The translations under genes and the position numbers were made by a program. A model generated the notes under the pieces. The model saw nothing but the letters and a program-made list of their open reading frames with translations, was not told where the DNA came from and did not search any database. Positions 57,426-64,000 of a DNA stretch of 64,000 nucleotides are shown in pieces (the first letter of the stretch is position 1; every line of letters starts with the position of its first letter). Source of the DNA: Monocercomonoides exilis PA203 (lineage: Eukaryota > Protista > Preaxostyla); contig LSRY02000003.1 of assembly GCA_001643675.2 (NCBI GenBank), positions 1,426,001-1,490,000 on the forward strand, in the 5' to 3' direction.

Positions 57426-59576
57426 TTGCATTCTTTCTCCATCCACTCAACCATCTTCAAACACACCCACAACCCCATCGATGGAGCCATCCTCCCTTCC
57501 CTCAACAGCCCTGCCACTTCTCTTTCTGCCTTCAACACCTCTTTCCTCCACCAAACTCGATCTTTACCAAATGCTGCTGTTGTATATGAAGGAAATGAAA
57601 CTCACAGAAAATCACCTGGAAGATTGACTTCATTCGATGTTAACAGCCATCGCTTCGAATGGTGTGAATGGAATGATTTAAATGGCGGAGGTAGTAATGG
57701 AGGTGCGCTTTATGTTTCTTGTGCAAATGCTAATCTCACAATCACTTCTTGCTCATTCGATAATTGTTCAACCACAGGTGGATTTAGCGGTGGAGCGTTA
57801 TATTGTAATCTTTCGTTAAAAATTGATATCTCAAAATCCAATTTTTCAAGTTGCTCAGCTGCTAATGGAGGAGCTGCCTATATTTATAGTTATCAACCCA
57901 ATTCTGATTATTCATTCATGGAAAACAAAATCAAAAGTTGTTCAATAACGAGCAATATTGGGACTGGTTGGTATTTTGCCCTCTATTATATGACCTCAAC
58001 TTGTCAATTTCTGTTTTCCGAATGTTGGTGTATCGCAAATTCTGGTGGTGATTCTGCTGGTTCTTTAACATTTTCTTATCCTCCACAAAACAAACCAAAT
58101 CAATTTTTGGTTAATGATTGCCAGTTCATAAACAATAAATTAACATCAACTTCAACTTCATGGGGAGGTGCTGCGCTTTGCTGCACAGCAACTTATTCCT
58201 GGATGAATGGAGTAAATTTCATCACATTCTGCTTCTTCGATGGCAACACTGCGACGAATGGCAGAGGTAATGATGTGTTCTTTAATGGCAGCAGCATCAC
58301 CCAATCCCCATTCAATCAGTGCGGGTCAACAACAGAATCAAAAAGAGTGTGGAACGCAGGAACTGCTGATGATGTTGAGTTCAACAGATGGCTCCCTCTC
58401 ATAACAACATTCAAAATCGTGTCAAATAATGGAACAAACACCGATCTCTGCGGAATCACACAGCTCAGTCCATGCAAAACAATTGAATATGCTCTTGTTC
58501 GCATGACAGATGCCCAAGACGCCTCTCTCACACTCCTCTCCTCAACATTTGTTCCTTCTCAAACACTCACTTTCAGCGCGGTTGACACCATAATCACTGG
58601 AAATGGCACAACTGCCACCACCATCGCCTCCAGTGGCATTCCCCAGCCACCAAACTCACATTCACAGTCATCACAATCATCATCATCATTTTCTTCATTT
58701 TCTTCATTTTCATCTGCATCTTCTTCACCAGATCCATCTGCCTCGTCTGCCCTCTTCCAACAGACCCAGGGCTCCCTCACAGTCTCTGCCCTCGCCATCG
58801 CCCACAACTCCTCAAACCCCATCACCCCCATCCTCTTCCACCTCTCCGATAACTCCCCTTCCCTCAACCTCAACACAACCACCATCACTGGAACAACCTC
58901 CAATTCAATCACCACACCCCTCTTCTTCCTCACTGCTGGCTTCCTCGCCCTCAACCACACAGCAATCACCCAACTCGCCCTCAACAGCCAAAGCATCTTT
59001 CACCTCACCTCCCTCACAAACCCCCTCACCCTCAACTCCTCCAACATCACCCACATCACCTCCACTGCCACCCCCGCCAGCTGTGTCCTCTCCTCTGCCA
59101 CCTCCCCTGTCCTCTCCCTCTCCCTCGCCAACTGCACCATCACCAACATCGACTCAGCTCCACAAAACCAACAGACTGCCACCAATGGCGGGTGCATCTC
59201 ATTCGCCTCATCTGCCCCTGCCAACTCGTTTTCTGTGAGTGACACAGCCTTCTCCACCTGCTCTGTGAGCGAGGATACAAGTTCTGGAGGAAGAGGCGGT
59301 GCTCTCATGATCGAGTTCAATGAAGGCTCACAAGTGTCAGAATCCTCCTTTTCCATAACCAATATCGTGTTTTCGGCCAACAAGGCCAGCGTCGGAAGAG
59401 ATATATATTTTGTGTGTGACTCCCTTGTCGCTTCTGTGAACGAGTCTTCCTTCGCCTTCATGGGAAACAACACTCAGAAAGACAATTCGGCTGTTGGACA
59501 TGACAGAACAGAAGCAATTGGAATTTCGATTTATAAATCTTTATCAACGGGCATGCAGCTAACAATGAATATGTGA
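57426..59576 (+). CDS. Beta-helix/adhesin-like surface protein (GGA-motif repeats), probably 3'-truncated
   Basis: GGALY, GGAAY, WGGAAL, FDGNTATNGRGNDV, CGITQLSPCKTI, GRGGAL and FSANKASVGRDIY motifs. Downstream sequence is degenerate and no TM anchor was found. The true start is uncertain. Confidence 0.7.
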   Translation: MHSFSIHSTIFKHTHNPIDGAILPSLNSPATSLSAFNTSFLHQTRSLPNAAVVYEGNETHRKSPGRLTSFDVNSHRFEWCEWNDLNGGGSNGGALYVSCANANLTITSCSFDNCSTTGGFSGGALYCNLSLKIDISKSNFSSCSAANGGAAYIYSYQPNSDYSFMENKIKSCSITSNIGTGWYFALYYMTSTCQFLFSECWCIANSGGDSAGSLTFSYPPQNKPNQFLVNDCQFINNKLTSTSTSWGGAALCCTATYSWMNGVNFITFCFFDGNTATNGRGNDVFFNGSSITQSPFNQCGSTTESKRVWNAGTADDVEFNRWLPLITTFKIVSNNGTNTDLCGITQLSPCKTIEYALVRMTDAQDASLTLLSSTFVPSQTLTFSAVDTIITGNGTTATTIASSGIPQPPNSHSQSSQSSSSFSSFSSFSSASSSPDPSASSALFQQTQGSLTVSALAIAHNSSNPITPILFHLSDNSPSLNLNTTTITGTTSNSITTPLFFLTAGFLALNHTAITQLALNSQSIFHLTSLTNPLTLNSSNITHITSTATPASCVLSSATSPVLSLSLANCTITNIDSAPQNQQTATNGGCISFASSAPANSFSVSDTAFSTCSVSEDTSSGGRGGALMIEFNEGSQVSESSFSITNIVFSANKASVGRDIYFVCDSLVASVNESSFAFMGNNTQKDNSAVGHDRTEAIGISIYKSLSTGMQLTMNM

Positions 59577-61039
59577 ATGATCATCTTGGTATCAAAGCAA
59601 TGTATTGCTGGCTATCAAAGATGCCCTGCAAGTGCACACGCAATGCGACGGGGCTTCTGAAGAAGGTGAAGAAAGTTGGCAAATATTATTGAATGAGCAG
59701 ACAAATAGCGAATTTATGTGCAGATGAAGGCAAATTCGAAGATATTTGAAGAGAAGGCACAAACACACAAAATAATAAATTGACTCAAAAACACTTTTGA
59801 TGGATTAATCATCACATGTCTGCTGTAAATTCTGTTATTTCATTGAAACTTTCTTTGAACATGTCTTTCCTTGAAATCGCTTTCCTTCATTATTTCATCT
59901 TTGATTGCTTGTTGAAGGCTCGTAACAATGTTAAAATCTGAAGAAGAACATCCAATATGGCAAAATAGTTATATTTTTTTTAATGAACTCCATCTGATAG
60001 ACTTTTCTTGGCTAAATATAGAATCATTTCATTGCTGTGTTAGGCCTGGCTGAAATTCAATACAAGAATAAATGTTTGCCTTGGCTTTCTGAATAGTAAA
60101 TTGGTGACAATGTTTGACTTTGAATTCTACGGGAGATGCATCAGAAGAAAATTAAAACATTTTTGTTGCTCATTGAAGAAGGCGTGGAAGAAGAGCAGAA
60201 CAAGAATGAAAAGACTGATTTTGGACCAAATAGACTTTTTATCACAAATAACATGAATGGAAATATAAACCATTCAGTTATTGATATGTTGAGAGGAGGA
60301 AATGCAAATGAAACAATTTTTGGCTCATACGGTATTTCTGCTGACAGAAAATGCATAAATGTTTCCAAATGAGGTTGCTCATTCCCAATGTCAAGTGAGA
60401 GGGAGCTGCAAAATAGTCAAAGATCGACGAATAAGACGAAGAAGATAGTAAAGAAGGAAAATAAAAATGGAATAAATGAAATCCATGAATAATCAGATGA
60501 TTTTTTTGAAGAAGAATATGAGAAGGCTCCATATGACGTTGTAGACCGAATAAAATATCTTTCTTAACAAGTTGACTTCACAAGGAGATAATAATCCAAA
60601 TTGCAATATTTATGACAGATACTTTCAAGCCAATCAATAGAATTACATTCCCTCAAAGTCAATTGACTCCCTTTTTGTGGGATCCCTATCTTTCCCTTCG
60701 CAAACTGAAAATGATGCTGTTCTGTCAGCGCTGAAAGTTCAAATGAATCAAATGTCAAATGATGATATCAGCAAAGAAGACGAAGAATACGAAGAAGAAG
60801 ACGAAATCGAAGAAGAAGACGAAGAAGAAGAAGAAGAAGATGCAAAAGTCGTAGAAGAAGCCGTGTGATATCATAACTCAAAATAAGAAGAAGACAATGA
60901 AGACAATAGACGAATAGAATAAGTTGATCGAAGATTGAGAATTGTGAAGATTAAAAAAATCGAACAACAAAGGAGATGTTCGTAGAAATCGTTAATTTCT
61001 GGTTTTTCATCTTTTCTTTTGCTTTCTTCTGACAAACAA

Positions 61040-61985
61040 AATCCTCCAAATATTTTTCGCATTCATCTCAATCATCTTCCTCCACACCCACAACCCCATC
61101 GATGGTGCCATCCTCCCCAACCTCAACAGCCCATCCACTTCTCTCTCTGCCTCCAATGTCTCTTTCCTCCGCCAAACACGCTCTTCTTCAAATGCTCCTG
61201 TGGTTCATATTGGAAATGAAACCGACAGAAAATCACCTGGAAGGTTGTCTTCATTTGATGTGAACAGCCATAAATTTGAATGGTGCGAATGGAATAATTC
61301 AAATAGTGGAGCTGTCCATGGTGGTGCACTTTATGTATATTGTGCAAATGCAAATCTCACAATCACTTCTTGTTCATTCAATAATTGCAGTTGCTCAGGA
61401 AGTGGATGTGATGGCGGTGCGATATACTGCAGGTATCTGTTAAATGTCAGCATCACAAAATCCAATATTACAAGTTGCTCGTCTGAATACGGAGGAGCTG
61501 CTTGCATCAGATACCCACAGTCAAATTCAATTTGGACGTTCTCAGATAACAGAGTGGAAAGTTGTAAAATAACAAACTGGTGTGGAACTGGTTGGTATTT
61601 TACTCTCGATAACATGGCCTCAGCCTGCCAGTTTCTGTTTTCAAACTGCAAATGCATTTCAAATTCTGGTGGAAATGCTGCTGGCTCTTTAACATTTCAT
61701 TCGCCTCCAACCAACAAACCAAATAAATTTTCGATCAATGATTGTCAGTTCATAAACAATAAATTAACATCAACTTCAACTTCATGGGGAGGTGCTGCGC
61801 TTTGCTGCACAGCAACTTATTCCTGGATGAGCGGAAATAAATTCATCACTTTTTGTTTCTTCGATGGCAATTCCGCAACTAATGGCAGGGGAAATGATGT
61901 GTTCTTTTACGGAAGTGATATTACACAATCTCCTTTCCAGCAATGCAGCTCAATAACCACAACAAAAAGAGTCTGGAATGCTAAA
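61040..61985 (+). pseudogene. Truncated paralog of the 57.4-kb surface protein
   Basis: Colinear with ~57430-58360 (HTHNPIDGAILP, RKSPGRL.SFDVNSH.FEWCEWN, GNDVFF, KRVWNA). Homology stops abruptly at ~61985. Confidence 0.75.
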
Positions 61986-64000
61986 ACTTCTGCAAAGGAG
62001 ACTGTTACACTTTGCTCCCTTTCATCACTTCTCCCCTTTATTCCTTCAATGAAATTCCACCTGCAATTTTCCTTCTTCTTCCTCTTTCTCTTTCTCTTCC
62101 AATTCCTCTTCTTCTATGCTGCTTCATCTAAATCCTCCTTTCATGAGGTGTAGCTGGCATCTTCCACTTCCCTCTCCTGGTTCTCACAAATCCACCTCGT
62201 TGTTTCTTCTTTCTGCTTTTGTCCTGCACCTTCCTCAATAATTTTCTTTCCATCTTCATTCATTTTCTCTCTATTCTCTTCTTCCTCTTCTTCTTTGCGT
62301 TCTTCTTCTTCATCATCCTCTTCTTCTTCTTCATTTGCTTCTTCTTCATTTGCTTCTCCCAATCCATTTCTTTCCTTTCATTCAAAAAATCTCTTCAATC
62401 CTCAAGACCACATTTCCTTTCATAATATTCAATAAAATCGAGATCTTCGTTTTCTTTCACTTTGCTCATCAGTCTTCCCTCTTTTCTTTCTTTTCCATTT
62501 TTTCTCTTTCCAATTTTTGTTTCTGCTTTATTTCTTAAGAAATCCTCTTTTTCTTCATTTTCCTCTTTATCCCCGATTCCGATGATGAATGCAAAGTGAT
62601 CCAATCAGTTGAAGCAATGATGATGAGGAGGATGATGAGGAGGATGATGAGGAGGATGATGGGGATAGGGATGAATTTATGTGATATGATGTCGATGAAT
62701 TTGAAGAAGAAGAAGAAGCGAATTGAATGTGATGACTGAAGGTCGAGAATTGTGAAGAGAAACGTATCAATCAACAACGGAGAAGTTCACCAGAAATTAC
62801 CTTTTCTTGATAACATCTTCTTTATTTATATATCTTTTTCTGCCAAATAAGATCCTCCAAATCCATCAAACATTCAGCTCTATCATCCCCCCTCGCCAAC
62901 AAAAAATTGGAAACCTATGTAAATCCCTTTTTCATTCCATCTCTTCTTCTTTCACTTCCCTTCTTTCACAAAAAATCTTCTTTCTTCAAAAATAATTCTT
63001 TGTCAAAGCCCAACACCAGGCATCTTCGTAATATCTCGCATTTCATCTGTCTGTCTAATTTTTCCTTCAAAACTTTTCTTCTTCTTCTTCAAAGCCATCT
63101 AATCCTTCTCTCTTTCAGCACCCTGAATAAAAAAATTAATAATCGCTTCAAAATAAATAACGACAGCAAACCTTCTAAACATATTTTTAAGCCAATGTCT
63201 ATATTTTATCCCATTGGCACCTGTTTTCTTCAATACAATTTCATTATTTCTTCCTTTTTCAAGTGTTTCATCTCTGATTCGCAAATCATCCTTTCCATCA
63301 GTTGTTTCTCCATCAAATGCATCGATTTCTGGTCCTTCTGAAAAATGTGAGATTTATGCATTCTGCTCAAATTCCACCCTCATTATTGAAAAATGTCCTG
63401 TTTTTTGTCAAAAATATCATCTCCAATTCCCTTCCCAATCCCTTCACCCTGGGCACTTTCCATATGAATTTTCTGGCTCAGCTCGATAGCCACCCTACAC
63501 AACGCGACATCCCGCTTTCATTCATTTTCATTCATTTCCACCTCCTCCCCTGAAAACAACACAAAAACATTCAACAGATAAATATTCATATAAATAAAAT
63601 AAATAAAGAACAAACTGCGCTTAGACTGTTTTTTGCCAAACACACTCATTTCCACAGCCATCATCATTCAAAAATTCAATCTCTTCATTTCAGTCTCAGA
63701 ATGGTTGAATACAGCATGGAATGCATCTTCACAAAATACATCGTGTATCTCGCTGAAGGGTCTTTTCAGCCCGTACACATTGTGATGGATGTCCAGAGGC
63801 GTTTTTTCTTTTCGTCCATGATCATCTCCTTTAATAATATTCTCAACCACCAAAAGAAGTGTTTGAGGTTTATCTCATCAACACCTTGCACATGAGGGAT
63901 ATGGCGCATACAAGTGATGGAAGAATATTTTTTGTGGCAGGGAGTAGAAGTTGGGTGTTTTTTTGAATGTTTATATTTCAAGAGGGATTTTTGAATAAAC

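Noticed and set aside
63100-64000. Possible retroelement (DIRS-like) remnant on the minus strand
   Set aside because: Only a vague RHIP-like motif among many stops; no RT, RNase H or recombinase motif could be confirmed.
1-64000. Non-standard genetic code (stop reassignment)
   Set aside because: Conserved genes terminate normally at TAA, TAG and TGA. Internal stops occur only in decayed copies and the transposase.
1-64000. snRNA, tRNA or rRNA genes
   Set aside because: No recognisable U-snRNA, tRNA or rRNA signature by eye. An Infernal/tRNAscan search would be needed to exclude divergent ones.

Overview
AT-rich, intron-containing eukaryotic DNA in the standard genetic code. Ser-rich insertions and the gene families resemble an oxymonad such as Monocercomonoides; that taxon is an inference. 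Two compact housekeeping blocks are rich in RNA-processing genes: 0.2-14.9 kb (WDR75/Utp17-like, AFG2/CDC48-type AAA ATPase, Tat-SF1, U5-40K, BPNT1) and 43.9-53.7 kb (cyclophilin H, ARM protein, FYVE-like protein, snurportin-1). These alternate with accessory blocks of decayed surface-protein and receptor-pseudokinase genes. The most striking structure is an 8.2 kb palindrome: two ~2.72 kb arms (19505-22223 and 24975-27691) in which I found only 3 differences. The arms carry the same already-broken receptor-pseudokinase and enclose an IS1595/Merlin transposase with an intact DDE triad. Inside the spacer each arm continues into its own old, diverged kinase C-terminus, which points to arm-to-arm gene conversion between older paralogs. 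The window also holds a second near-perfect 473-bp-arm foldback (54588-56085), a Merlin-type MITE with a perfect 8-bp TSD, a Tc1/mariner-type MITE, an 85-bp identical patch between two diverged surface-protein paralogs, and two GC-AG introns. All alignments and gene models were made by eye.
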